27,726 nucleotides of DNA from Actinomycetota bacterium (lineage in GTDB: Bacteria; Actinomycetota; Acidimicrobiia; Spongiisociales; UBA11373). Where the stretch lies: positions 1,163 through 28,888 of the forward strand of contig JBBTKD010000112.1 in the NCBI GenBank assembly GCA_038059105.1, read 5' to 3'. Numbering within the stretch: the stretch's first letter is position 1; each line of letters starts with the position of its first letter. Positions 14,706-23,408 of the stretch are shown one piece after another. The position numbers and the translations under genes are program-made. A model generated the notes under the pieces. The model was not told the DNA's origin and did not search any database. It saw only the letters and a program-made list of their open reading frames with translations.

Positions 14706-15131
14706 ATGGCCACGATCGAGATGCTCACCCTCGCCAATCATGTCGAGGCAATCAACGGACTTCTCTACCTCTCCGGTGCCGGGTGGAACCGGGTCACCCG
14801 GAGATACCCGAAAGGTGGAGTTCCGACACCGCACAACTTCGGCATAGGGGTGAGCGTCCTGGTGCCGTGGACGGAAGCGAACCGAAAGCACCACTTGTCC
14901 CTTCGCATCGAGGATGAGGACCAACACGAACAGCCTCTCCTGCGCGTCAATGGGGAGTTGGAGGTCGGACGACCGGCGGGAGTCCCGGAGGGATCGGATC
15001 TTCGAGCTGTGTTGGCGTCACAAGCCACCCTGCAGTTTCCCTCCGCAGGTGGATACCGCGTGGTGGCGGATCTCAACGGGGAGTCGCGCAACTACGGGTT
15101 CATCGTTGTCGATGAGGTCACGCCCTCGTAG
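14706..15131 (+). CDS. Hypothetical beta-rich protein, DUF6941-like (141 aa)
   Basis: RBS AGAAAGGAAAAGGG; pattern MLTLANHVEAINGLLYLSGAGW...F...G.Y.V...LNGE. Family assignment from pattern recall only. Confidence 0.7.
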   Translation: MATIEMLTLANHVEAINGLLYLSGAGWNRVTRRYPKGGVPTPHNFGIGVSVLVPWTEANRKHHLSLRIEDEDQHEQPLLRVNGELEVGRPAGVPEGSDLRAVLASQATLQFPSAGGYRVVADLNGESRNYGFIVVDEVTPS

Positions 15132-15787
15132 GCGGCGCGAGCGTACAACGGTGCCGACCCTTGCTGCTTCCTGAGCACCACCCCATACACGAACCCCATC
15201 GGGCCCATTCGCCAGACCTTCTCGAGGTGCAGCGGGCCGTTGGCGTAGAGCTCTTGAGGTGGGGGGAGTGCGTCGAGGCTGCGGTGCAAGTAGCGGTACT
15301 CACCGATGGCGCCGATCGACGCTCCCGCGACCGGGAGGACCACGGCGGTACCCAATCGATGCAGCCGTCGCTTCCACGGCGACTCGGGGCGACCGAGGTC
15401 GACGATTGCCGCGACTCCCCCGGGGCGCAGCACCCGGGCGATTTCGGACATCGCCTCGGGGATCGAATCGAGGTTGCGCATGACATACGCCGAGAACACC
15501 CCGTCGAACCATCCGTCGCGAAACGGGAGACGCTCCCCCTTGCCGACCACGCGCCGCGTCAAGGGATTGATCGCCAGCATCTCCGGCGAAGGATCGAGAG
15601 CGACGATCTCTCGATCGCCGAGATCTGGATTGGCGGCACCGGTGCCGGCGCCGAGGTCGAGAACGCGCCCCGGCGGGAGATGGGCAATCGCGGTGCGACG
15701 CCAATCGTCGTCGTGACCCAGCGAAAGGATGCGGTTGAGCCGGTCGTACCGGCGAGCGATCCGGGAGAACACCTCCCGGTTGCTCAC
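15092..15787 (-). CDS. UbiE/MenG-like class I SAM-dependent methyltransferase
   Basis: FSRIARRYDRLNRILSLG, VLDLGAGTG, GERLPF, RVLRPGG; GTGA overlap with the serS stop codon. Confidence 0.88.
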   Translation of the reverse strand: MSNREVFSRIARRYDRLNRILSLGHDDDWRRTAIAHLPPGRVLDLGAGTGAANPDLGDREIVALDPSPEMLAINPLTRRVVGKGERLPFRDGWFDGVFSAYVMRNLDSIPEAMSEIARVLRPGGVAAIVDLGRPESPWKRRLHRLGTAVVLPVAGASIGAIGEYRYLHRSLDALPPPQELYANGPLHLEKVWRMGPMGFVYGVVLRKQQGSAPLYARAAYEGVTSSTTMNP

Positions 15788-17067
15788 GTCAGTCGCTCGA
15801 ACCCGACGAGGGGTCGGAGCACCTCGGGGACCACCACCGAACCGTCGGACTGCTGGCCGTTCTCAAGAATGGCGATGAGGGTGCGGCCGACGGCGACTGC
15901 GGTCCCGTTGAGGGTGTGGGCGATCGTGGGTTCGCCGTTCGCCGTTCGATAACGGATGCGCAACCGACGGGCCTGATAGTCGGTGGTGTTGGAGCACGAC
16001 GTGAGTTCGCGGTAGGCGTTCTGACCGGGGAACCAGCCCTCGATGTCGTACTTCTTCGCAGCCGAATCACCGAGATCACCGCTGCACACGTTGACCACCC
16101 GGTACGGGATGCCGAGGGCGCTGATCAGCGATTCCTCGATGGCGAGCAGGGCTTCGTGTTCGTCCCAGGATCGTTCCGGGGTGGTAAACGAGAACATCTC
16201 CACCTTGTCGAACTGGTGCACCCGGAAAATCCCGCGGGCGTCCTTGCCATAGGTGCCCGCTTCGCGGCGAAAGCAGGTGGAGAACCCGGCGTAACGCATG
16301 GGAAGATCGCCACCGTCGAGGATCTCATCGGCGTGCATTCCGGCGAGCGGTACCTCGGCCGTGCCGACGAGATAGAGGTCGTCGGACGTGACCACTCCAT
16401 CGGCGTCCGACACGCCCACGGCGTAGACCTGATCGCGCGCTCCAGGAAAGAAGCCCGTGCCGAACAGGGCCTGATCGCGCACCAGAACCGGCGGAACGAC
16501 CGGCGTGAATCCCTCGGCCATCAACCTGCCGAGTGTCCACTGCACGAGGGCAAACTCGAGCAGCACCGCGTTTCCCTTCAGATATGCGAAGCGCGATCCG
16601 GAGACCTTGGCGCCGCGATCCATGTCGAGGATGCCCAGGCGTTCACCCAGGTCCACGTGATCGAGCACAGGGAAGTCGAAGAACACCGGATCACCGTGCG
16701 ACTTGATCTCGACATTGTCTGCGTCGGTCAGACCCTTCGGAACTGAGCGGTGCGGCGGATTCGGCAACGGCACCCACACCGCCTCAAAGCGGGCATCGAG
16801 CGCATCGGCCTCGATGAGCGCAGTCCTGTAGCGCTCGGCAAGGTCGGTGACCGCGGCGATCGCCTTCTGCTTTTCGGCGCCCTGGAGACGAGCGATCTCC
16901 TTACCGGTGCGGTTCTGCTCGGCGCGCATCTCCTCGGCAACCATCCGGGCACGGCGTCGCTCCTCATCGAGCGCCACCAGCGCGGGAACGTCGACGGTCA
17001 GCCCGCGGTGAGTAAACGACGCCGCAAGAGCATCGGGATCAGTACGAAGAAGAGAGACGTCGAGCAT
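15784..17067 (-). CDS. serS: Serine--tRNA ligase
   Basis: 427 aa; N-terminal coiled coil; motifs LPNPPH, KVSGSRF, GTAEVP, FRREAG, RVHQFDKVE, KKYDIE, SCSNTTDYQARR, TLNGTA. Confidence 0.98.
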   Translation of the reverse strand: MLDVSLLRTDPDALAASFTHRGLTVDVPALVALDEERRRARMVAEEMRAEQNRTGKEIARLQGAEKQKAIAAVTDLAERYRTALIEADALDARFEAVWVPLPNPPHRSVPKGLTDADNVEIKSHGDPVFFDFPVLDHVDLGERLGILDMDRGAKVSGSRFAYLKGNAVLLEFALVQWTLGRLMAEGFTPVVPPVLVRDQALFGTGFFPGARDQVYAVGVSDADGVVTSDDLYLVGTAEVPLAGMHADEILDGGDLPMRYAGFSTCFRREAGTYGKDARGIFRVHQFDKVEMFSFTTPERSWDEHEALLAIEESLISALGIPYRVVNVCSGDLGDSAAKKYDIEGWFPGQNAYRELTSCSNTTDYQARRLRIRYRTANGEPTIAHTLNGTAVAVGRTLIAILENGQQSDGSVVVPEVLRPLVGFERLT

Positions 17068-17073
17068 GGGGGA

Positions 17074-17079
17074 ATGGTA
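17074..17079 (-). promoter_or_regulatory. -10 box (TACCAT) of a probable leaderless serS transcript
   Basis: Minus strand reads TACCAT-TCCCCC-ATG (6-nt spacer); no Shine-Dalgarno sequence. Confidence 0.65.
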
Positions 17080-17083
17080 GGGG

Positions 17084-17184
17084 AGGCATCAGGCATCAGG
17101 CATCAGGCAGAGCGAACAAAGAGGGGCTGGAGAGCAGCCTACGAATCCGGTCTTACCTGAAGACTGAGGACTGAAGACTGAGGA
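17084..17184. repeat. Two heptamer arrays of different sequence with complementary cores (TCAG vs CTGA)
   Basis: aggcatc x3 (17084-17104); ctgaaga ctgagga ctgaaga ctgagga (17157-17184). Confidence 0.88.
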
Positions 17185-17189
17185 CTTCC

Positions 17190-17633
17190 TCAGGCCCCCG
17201 CCAGCGCTCTCTCCACCGCCGTCTGCTCTTCCGCTGAGAGGGGTTCGATGCCTTGGCCGTCGCGGATCATCTTGGTGAAAAAGAGTGACTGGCGTGGTCC
17301 GTGAAGCAGGGTGATGACGAGACCGTCGCGACGTTCGTTGAGGAGTGCGATCGCCCGTGACATGTGCCCGGTTCGCTCGTCGTTGGCGTCGAAGGTGACC
17401 ACCGCGGCGTAGCGCAGCGCACCCGGCATGCGGTCGACCACCGATCGCAATACCGGTTGCATCTTGGCGACCGCGGCTTCGATCAAGGCAAGGTCTTCAT
17501 CGAGACGGCGGATCTGATCGAGCACGTTGGCGTCGCGAGGAAGCGCTGAGAAACGACGTCGTTCCAACGACACCATATAGATCGCCATGACGGCGACGAA
17601 CAGGCCGATGACCGCGATGACGTCGATCACCAT
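17190..17633 (-). CDS. DUF4446-like membrane-anchored coiled-coil protein
   Basis: 147 aa; N-terminal TM helix and coiled coil; VVTFDA...GHMSRAIALLNERRDGLVITLLHG..SLFFTK pattern. Confidence 0.75.
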   Translation of the reverse strand: MVIDVIAVIGLFVAVMAIYMVSLERRRFSALPRDANVLDQIRRLDEDLALIEAAVAKMQPVLRSVVDRMPGALRYAAVVTFDANDERTGHMSRAIALLNERRDGLVITLLHGPRQSLFFTKMIRDGQGIEPLSAEEQTAVERALAGA

Positions 17634-17634
17634 G

Positions 17635-18627
17635 TCAGCCGCCCGGGTTCACGATGAAGAGGAATTGGATCGAGTCGTTTTCCTCGTCATCGTCATCTCT
17701 CGTCAGCGACACGCTGATCTCGTAAATCGAGCCAGGAGTCAGCGGAAGATCCTCGAAGGTGAGAGCGATGAGCGTCGTCGCCTCGAGACCAGCGATCTCT
17801 TGCTCACTCTCGTACAGCTCGCCGTCATTGGAGACGAGGTTGAGTCTGACCGTGATCCCGGTGACATCGACATTGCCGCGGTTGGACACGACGACCTCTG
17901 CCGACTGGTTCGCGGTGACCGCCACGACTGGCAGACCATCACGCACGCCGACGGGTCCGGGCTCGAGCTTGAGATCGGCAACAGCGATGTCATCGATCGG
18001 TGCAATCGAGCCACCGAGGAACATCCGGCGCGCCAGGTCGCGCGGCTCATAGAGCGCATCGTCGGCCGGGGGCACGAACGCGATCGAAGGCAGGGGTCCA
18101 CCCTGAAGCGTCGTGTCCACTTCTCCGATCTCCGAGAGGAACCCAACATACGCGCGATCGCCTACGCGGAGATCGATCAAGCCGTGTGCCAGCGCCGCAA
18201 GGCCGTCCTCGTCGAGCGGATTCGCGGACAGCGCCAGAAGTCCCACTCGTGAGTCACTGATCCCGGATCGCCACGCTCCCGCTGCGATACGCAGGAAAAC
18301 GCCCGCTTCTCCGAGCGACGACGGGGCCTCCACCTCAAGGAGACGGGCAATGATCACCTCGACGGAGGCTTCCATGGACCCAAGGCGTTCGATCAGGGTC
18401 GCCCGGCTGTAATCCTCGACGTTGACCACGAGATCGGAAAGGGAGGCGCTCACATCGTCGGCGATCGCCGCCACCTCGAAGGCGACGTCGAGATACGCTC
18501 GGGTCGTCTCACGCTCGCCTTGCGCCTGGGTCACCCCGTAGGTGACACCGAGCAGCACCCCGACAACGCCGAGGATGGCGATCATGCGACGCCGACGCTT
18601 CCTCCGAACAGCGGGGGAGTATGACAC
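17635..18627 (-). CDS. Hypothetical membrane-anchored protein with helical bundle and C-terminal Ig/CARDB-like domain (~330 aa; alternative start ATG 18585)
   Basis: ORF 17635..18996 trimmed because its 5' part overlaps tRNA-Leu and fhaA. RRKRRRR precedes a TM helix; C-terminal VVVSNRGNVD beta-rich motif. Confidence 0.75.
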   Translation of the reverse strand: MSYSPAVRRKRRRRMIAILGVVGVLLGVTYGVTQAQGERETTRAYLDVAFEVAAIADDVSASLSDLVVNVEDYSRATLIERLGSMEASVEVIIARLLEVEAPSSLGEAGVFLRIAAGAWRSGISDSRVGLLALSANPLDEDGLAALAHGLIDLRVGDRAYVGFLSEIGEVDTTLQGGPLPSIAFVPPADDALYEPRDLARRMFLGGSIAPIDDIAVADLKLEPGPVGVRDGLPVVAVTANQSAEVVVSNRGNVDVTGITVRLNLVSNDGELYESEQEIAGLEATTLIALTFEDLPLTPGSIYEISVSLTRDDDDEENDSIQFLFIVNPGG

Positions 18628-18631
18628 CGTG

Positions 18632-18715
<84 letters not shown>

Positions 18716-18728
18716 TCGAGGGTCCGAA

Positions 18729-18734
18729 AGCGTA
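18729..18734 (-). promoter_or_regulatory. Extended -10 box (TGG-TACGCT) for tRNA-Leu
   Basis: TGn-TAnnnT ending 13 nt upstream of the tRNA 5' end. Confidence 0.55.
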
Positions 18735-18768
18735 CCACGAGGCTGTTCAGCCACTCCGGGCCGAGGGT

Positions 18769-18774
18769 TACCCT
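18769..18774 (+). promoter_or_regulatory. -10 box (TACCCT) of a probable leaderless fhaA operon transcript
   Basis: TACCCT-TGCCCA-ATG (6-nt spacer); no Shine-Dalgarno sequence. Confidence 0.65.
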
Positions 18775-18780
18775 TGCCCA

Positions 18781-19440
18781 ATGGGATTCGCTCGCGGAAT
18801 CGAGCGTCGACTCGAACGCCTCGTCGATGGATTGGCGGCGCGGCTCTTCCGCGGGCGAATTCATCCTGTCGAACTCGGCACGCTGCTGGTTCGCGAGGCC
18901 GACCTCGGCATCTATGAGACCCCTGGTGGTTGGGGCGTTCCCAATCGGTTCGTCGTCACGATGGGTGGCGAACCCGTCGACGGTGAGGTGCTCCACGCCG
19001 TCGAACGCGAGCTCGCGGCGTTCGTCGAGGACTCGGCGCTCGAACGGGGATGGCGTCTCGAGGGACCGGCGCGCGTCGCGGTCGCCGTCGACTCAGCGCG
19101 CCGCCCTGCCGAAGTGGAGATCGACGCTGCGATCGAACCCGGGACGAGACCGGTGTGGGCGCGACTCAAGCCAGTCGACGGCACGAACGGACCGCTCGAC
19201 GTCGCCATCAACCGCGCCGTGGTCGGTCGCAGCGCTACGAGCGACGTGCAGGTGCCGACCGACGACGTGTCCCGCACCCACGCCGTGATCTGGCAGGAGG
19301 CTGGTTCCGCCTGGGTCGGCGACCTCGAGTCGTCGAACGGGACATATGTCAACGGAGAGCGCGTGAAGGGTCCAACGCCGATCGTCGACGGCGACCTGCT
19401 CACACTTGGACGAACGGAGTTCGTCGTGGGGCGAGCCTGA
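18781..19440 (+). CDS. fhaA: FhaA (DUF3662 + FHA domain)
   Basis: ERRLERLVDG..ARLF...IHPVEL (DUF3662); VGRS...VSRTHA...DLESSNGTYVNG (FHA); first gene of the cluster. Confidence 0.9.
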   Translation: MGFARGIERRLERLVDGLAARLFRGRIHPVELGTLLVREADLGIYETPGGWGVPNRFVVTMGGEPVDGEVLHAVERELAAFVEDSALERGWRLEGPARVAVAVDSARRPAEVEIDAAIEPGTRPVWARLKPVDGTNGPLDVAINRAVVGRSATSDVQVPTDDVSRTHAVIWQEAGSAWVGDLESSNGTYVNGERVKGPTPIVDGDLLTLGRTEFVVGRA

Positions 19441-19859
19441 TGTCGCCGCTCCTCATCAATGTCTTCAAAGTGCTATTCGTCGCAGTTCTCTACGGCTTCC
19501 TGTGGGTCGTGGTGCGAGCAATACGGTCTCATCTTTCACCGGTGTCGACCGCGGTGGAGCGCACCGTCTCAACACCCGCGGTCCTGGTCCTGCTCGAACC
19601 CGCGGCCATGGCGGGAAGGGTGATTTCGGTCGAGCGTCCGATGACAGTGGGACGAGGTTCCGACGCAGACGTCCCGTTCGACGATCCATTCACTTCGGAT
19701 CGGCACGTGCGGTTTGACCGTGTCGAGGGAAGATTGGTGATCGAAGATCTCGGCTCCACCAACGGGACACTGGTGAACGGCATCGTCGTGGTCGGTCGGC
19801 GCACCCTGGATCGTGGCGACCTCGTCCGCGTCGGCCAGACCATCATGGAAGTGCGATGA
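19440..19859 (+). CDS. fhaB: FhaB/FipA membrane FHA-domain protein (139 aa)
   Basis: ATG at 19440 overlapping the fhaA stop; N-terminal TM helix; VGRG...SDRH...DLGSTNGTLVNG. Confidence 0.88.
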   Translation: MSPLLINVFKVLFVAVLYGFLWVVVRAIRSHLSPVSTAVERTVSTPAVLVLLEPAAMAGRVISVERPMTVGRGSDADVPFDDPFTSDRHVRFDRVEGRLVIEDLGSTNGTLVNGIVVVGRRTLDRGDLVRVGQTIMEVR

Positions 19860-20566
19860 ACTTCACCTGGGCTACCCGAACCGACCCCGGAAGGGTTCGC
19901 GATCACAACGAGGATGCCGTGCTTCCCGAACCCGGGACCAACGGGACAGACGATCACCTGGTCGCCGCGATTGCCGATGGCATGGGCGGACATGCCGGAG
20001 GCGAGATCGCCAGTGGCACGGCCATCGCGACGGTGGCCGCGGTGGCAGGTGACGCTGCGATCCGCATCGAGGCGGCAAACCTCGCGGTGCTCGACGCGGC
20101 GTCGCAGCGTCCCCGCCTTACCGGGATGGGAACCACCCTCACGCTGGGCATCTTCGAATCGGATGGCTCCCTTCAGATGGGCCATGTCGGCGACAGTCGG
20201 GCATACATGCTTCGCGCCGGCGACCTGGCACGGATGACGACGGATCACTCATTCGTCAGTGAGATGCTCGCCGCAGGACGAATGACGGAGGCCGAGGCTG
20301 CGGTGCATCCCTACAGAAGCGTGCTCACCCGAGCCATCGGCCTGGAAACTGCTGTCGAGATCGAAGTGCTGCGTTTCGAACTTGCGGCCGGAGATCGAGT
20401 TCTGATCTGTTCGGATGGTGTCACCGCGATGATCGACGATGACGCCATACGATCGGTGCTCACTACCGAGTCCGACCCGGGCCAAGCGGCTGAGAAGTTG
20501 ATTGCCGCCGCCAACGATGCCGGCGGTGCCGACAACATCACCGCGGTCGTCGTGGACATGGGTTGA
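19856..20566 (+). CDS. pstP: PP2C-family Ser/Thr phosphatase, soluble form (236 aa)
   Basis: TDPGRVRDHNED, IADGMGGH, HVGDSRAY, LICSDG, GGADNIT; ATGA overlap with fhaB. Confidence 0.93.
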   Translation: MNFTWATRTDPGRVRDHNEDAVLPEPGTNGTDDHLVAAIADGMGGHAGGEIASGTAIATVAAVAGDAAIRIEAANLAVLDAASQRPRLTGMGTTLTLGIFESDGSLQMGHVGDSRAYMLRAGDLARMTTDHSFVSEMLAAGRMTEAEAAVHPYRSVLTRAIGLETAVEIEVLRFELAAGDRVLICSDGVTAMIDDDAIRSVLTTESDPGQAAEKLIAAANDAGGADNITAVVVDMG

Positions 20567-21852
20567 CAGCGCGCACCGAAGCGCTCATGGTGGCGTTGAG
20601 CGCCGTGATCACTGCGGCGGGCACTGCACTCGTCACCGCCACCACCTCCGGGACCGTCACCCTCGACACGTTCGCCGCCGGTGCGGTCCACCTCGGCTCT
20701 TTCGGGGGCTTGCTCATCGCCTTTCGCAGGTGGGCTCCCGCGGCGAGTCGACTCCTACTGCCGATCGTGTCACTGATCACCGCAGTGGGTTCGATCGAGG
20801 TGTTCCGCATCGATCCCGATCTGGGGAGGTTGCAGCGGTGGTGGCTGGTTCTCGCAGCCGTCATCGGAATCGCGGCGATGCGCCTTTTGCACCGCCGCGG
20901 GGTGAAGGTGCTGCGCCGCTACCGCTACCTGTTCCTTGTCGCGTCGCTGGGGCTGCTCGCGCTCCCCCTGCTCCCCTCGAGCCTGCCGCTCGGGGGGGCA
21001 ACGGTCAACGGATCGCGGCTGTGGGTGCGGCTCAGCCTTGATGAGCGGACACTGTCGTTCCAGCCGGGTGAGGCGGCCAAGGTCCTCATCGTCGTGTTTC
21101 TCGCCTCCTACCTGGCCGACCGGCGGCGTGTTCTCGCAGAGATGCCTCACTCTGTCGGACCACTCCGCCTCCCTGAGCCTCGCCAACTGCTGCCGATCCT
21201 CCTGGCATTCTCCATTGCGTTCATGGTTCTCGTCTACCAGCGCGACCTCGGCGCCTCGCTACTGCTCTTCCTCGTGTTCGTGATGCTCCTCTACGTGGCG
21301 ACCGCACGGGCGACCTATCTCGTCGCCGGGGGCCTTCTCGCGGTCGGAGGTGCCTTCGCCGCGGCGACGTGGTTCTCGCATGTCGCGGTTCGAGTCGAGG
21401 CGTGGCTGCACCCGTTCCAGGACTACGCCACCGGCGGGTATCAAGTGGCACAGGGCGTGTTCGCACTCGCCGAGGCGGGACTGGTCGGCACCGGCCTCGG
21501 CAACGGATCGCCGTGGCTGATTCCCGCCGCGTCCACCGACTACGTGTTCATCGCCATCGTCGAAGAGACCGGGCTCGCCGGAGGGCTCGCGTTGCTCGCG
21601 GCATATGCACTCCTCGTCACGATCGGGTTCGGCATCGCCCTGCGCGCCAACGACTCGTTCCGGTCACTCCTCGCTGCAGGTCTTACGATCGTGCTCGCCG
21701 TGCAGACGCTGCTGATCATCGGTGGCGTACTGCGCATGCTGCCCCTTACCGGCATCACGCTGCCCTTCGCCTCATACGGCGGCTCCTCGCTGCTGGTCAA
21801 CGTCCTCATCATTGCCCTCCTCGCCCGCGTCTCTCACGAGGAGCGCACATGA
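20563..21852 (+). CDS. rodA: SEDS family peptidoglycan polymerase RodA/FtsW
   Basis: NGSRLW, FQPGEAAK, QRDLG, STDYVF, PLTGITLPFASYGGSS; multi-TM; position in cluster. Confidence 0.92.
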   Translation: MTARTEALMVALSAVITAAGTALVTATTSGTVTLDTFAAGAVHLGSFGGLLIAFRRWAPAASRLLLPIVSLITAVGSIEVFRIDPDLGRLQRWWLVLAAVIGIAAMRLLHRRGVKVLRRYRYLFLVASLGLLALPLLPSSLPLGGATVNGSRLWVRLSLDERTLSFQPGEAAKVLIVVFLASYLADRRRVLAEMPHSVGPLRLPEPRQLLPILLAFSIAFMVLVYQRDLGASLLLFLVFVMLLYVATARATYLVAGGLLAVGGAFAAATWFSHVAVRVEAWLHPFQDYATGGYQVAQGVFALAEAGLVGTGLGNGSPWLIPAASTDYVFIAIVEETGLAGGLALLAAYALLVTIGFGIALRANDSFRSLLAAGLTIVLAVQTLLIIGGVLRMLPLTGITLPFASYGGSSLLVNVLIIALLARVSHEERT

Positions 21853-23249
21853 AGACAAGCCTGCGTCGGATCGCCGCGGCTCTCGCCGCCTCGCTCGCCT
21901 TCTCGGGCATCTGGATGACGTGGCTGGTGACCGACGCAGCCAGCCGATACCGAAACGACCCCCGCAACGTTCGGTCGCAGCAGGCTGGCTACCTCCCCGG
22001 TGCGGGTCGCATCATCACTGCCGACCGTGTGATCGTGGCCATCGATGACTCGAATGGGGAACGCCAGTACCCCGAGGGTGTTGCGTATGCCCACATCGTT
22101 GGTTACGACGCAGCGTCCGGGCGAAGTGGAATCGAGCAGTCGCGATATGCCGCACTCCGGGTGCGCGACGACGGGTCGATCACCGACTGGCTTCTCGGAC
22201 TCGGCGACGGAGGCACTCGCCAGCCCCACGACGTCGTACTCACCGTGCACGACCCACTGCAACAGGTGGCACGCGACGCTCTCGGCGGAAAGACCGGAGC
22301 GGTAGTGGTGATCGACGTCGCCACCGGCGCGGTGTTCGCCTATGTGTCTTCGCCTGCCTACGACCCCAACCAGGTTGTCGCTGGCAGCCTCGACCCCGAA
22401 GAATCCGCGGATGCGACCCTCGATCGCGCCGCCGATCGCGTGCTCCCACCGGGATCGACCTTCAAGGTCATCGTGGCCGCCGCCGCCCTCGACGTCGGCG
22501 CCAATCCCGACACTCCCTTTACGGACTCCGAGGAGTATCTCGCCCCTGGAGCGGGATCTCCTATTCGCAACGCCAGCGACGGATTCTGCAGCGACGGGAA
22601 CACGCTCACTCTCACTGACGCGCTCGTGGTGTCGTGCAACACCGTGTTTGCGGCCCTTGCGGTCGACCTGGGAGGTGCATCCGTCGTCGGAGCGGCACGG
22701 CGAGCCGGGTTCGGAACAGTGATCCCCTGGGAGACCGGAGCCGCGAGATCCTCTCTTACGGGCGCCGACGTGTTGGAGGCCGACGACGGAGCTCTCGCCC
22801 AGACCGGAATCGGGGAACGCGACGTGCGCGTCACCCCCCTCCTCATGGCCCTGATCGCCAGCTCGATCGGAAACGGCGGCGTGGCGATGCAGCCGTTCGT
22901 GGTTGGAGCGATCCTGACGCCCTCGGGAGACGTCATCGCGCAGACCGAACCCGCACCGTTTACCCGAATGTTCTCATCCGCGGTGGCAGCTGACCTGCGA
23001 ACGATGATGACCGAGGTGGTGACGAGAGGCACCGGGACCGCGGCACAGGTCGATGGCCTGATCGTGTCAGGCAAGACCGGCACCGCCGAAGGATCGGGAG
23101 GACCGCACGCCTGGTTCATCGGAATCGCCGGACACGACAACCCCGAGATCGCAATCGCCGTCGTCGTCGAATCGGGAGGCTCGGGAGGAAGAGTGGCGGC
23201 GCCCATCGCGGCGGAAGTTCTGAAGATGTGGCGGGACCTCAGCGGGTAA
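21849..23249 (+). CDS. pbpA: Class B penicillin-binding transpeptidase (466 aa)
   Basis: ATG at 21849 (ATGA overlap with rodA); SxxK (GSTFK), SxN (SCN) and KTG motifs. Confidence 0.92.
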   Translation: MKTSLRRIAAALAASLAFSGIWMTWLVTDAASRYRNDPRNVRSQQAGYLPGAGRIITADRVIVAIDDSNGERQYPEGVAYAHIVGYDAASGRSGIEQSRYAALRVRDDGSITDWLLGLGDGGTRQPHDVVLTVHDPLQQVARDALGGKTGAVVVIDVATGAVFAYVSSPAYDPNQVVAGSLDPEESADATLDRAADRVLPPGSTFKVIVAAAALDVGANPDTPFTDSEEYLAPGAGSPIRNASDGFCSDGNTLTLTDALVVSCNTVFAALAVDLGGASVVGAARRAGFGTVIPWETGAARSSLTGADVLEADDGALAQTGIGERDVRVTPLLMALIASSIGNGGVAMQPFVVGAILTPSGDVIAQTEPAPFTRMFSSAVAADLRTMMTEVVTRGTGTAAQVDGLIVSGKTGTAEGSGGPHAWFIGIAGHDNPEIAIAVVVESGGSGGRVAAPIAAEVLKMWRDLSG

Positions 23250-23275
23250 CTCGAACGCGGCTCTTCACTGGGCTT

Positions 23276-23346
23276 TCGTTACCGGTTACCCGTTTCCCGT
23301 TCGCGACCACTGTGCACGCGAACGGGTAACGGGTAACGGGTAACGA
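23276..23346. repeat. 30-bp heptamer-based hairpin (GGGTAAC family) between pbpA and pknB
   Basis: tcgttaccggttacccgtttcccgttcgcg (23276-23305) / cgcgaacgggtaacgggtaacgggtaacga (23317-23346), 2 mismatches, 11-nt loop. Confidence 0.92.
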
Positions 23347-23408
23347 GGCAGGACCACGCCTAATACCTAGATAAAGCTTGAACACCCCCACGGTTACCAT
23401 TGCCTCCC

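Noticed and set aside
13239-15200. attR copy of tRNA-Ser(GCT) or an integrase for the islet
   Set aside because: No repeat of TTCAAATCCCTCCCTCTCCG was seen downstream and no ORF has recombinase motifs, so it is not called an intact mobile element.
21369-21848. N-terminal extension of pbpA (626-aa ORF) and the similar 19050 extension of fhaB
   Set aside because: They overlap rodA and fhaA in other frames; overlapping stop/start junctions give starts at 21849 and 19440.
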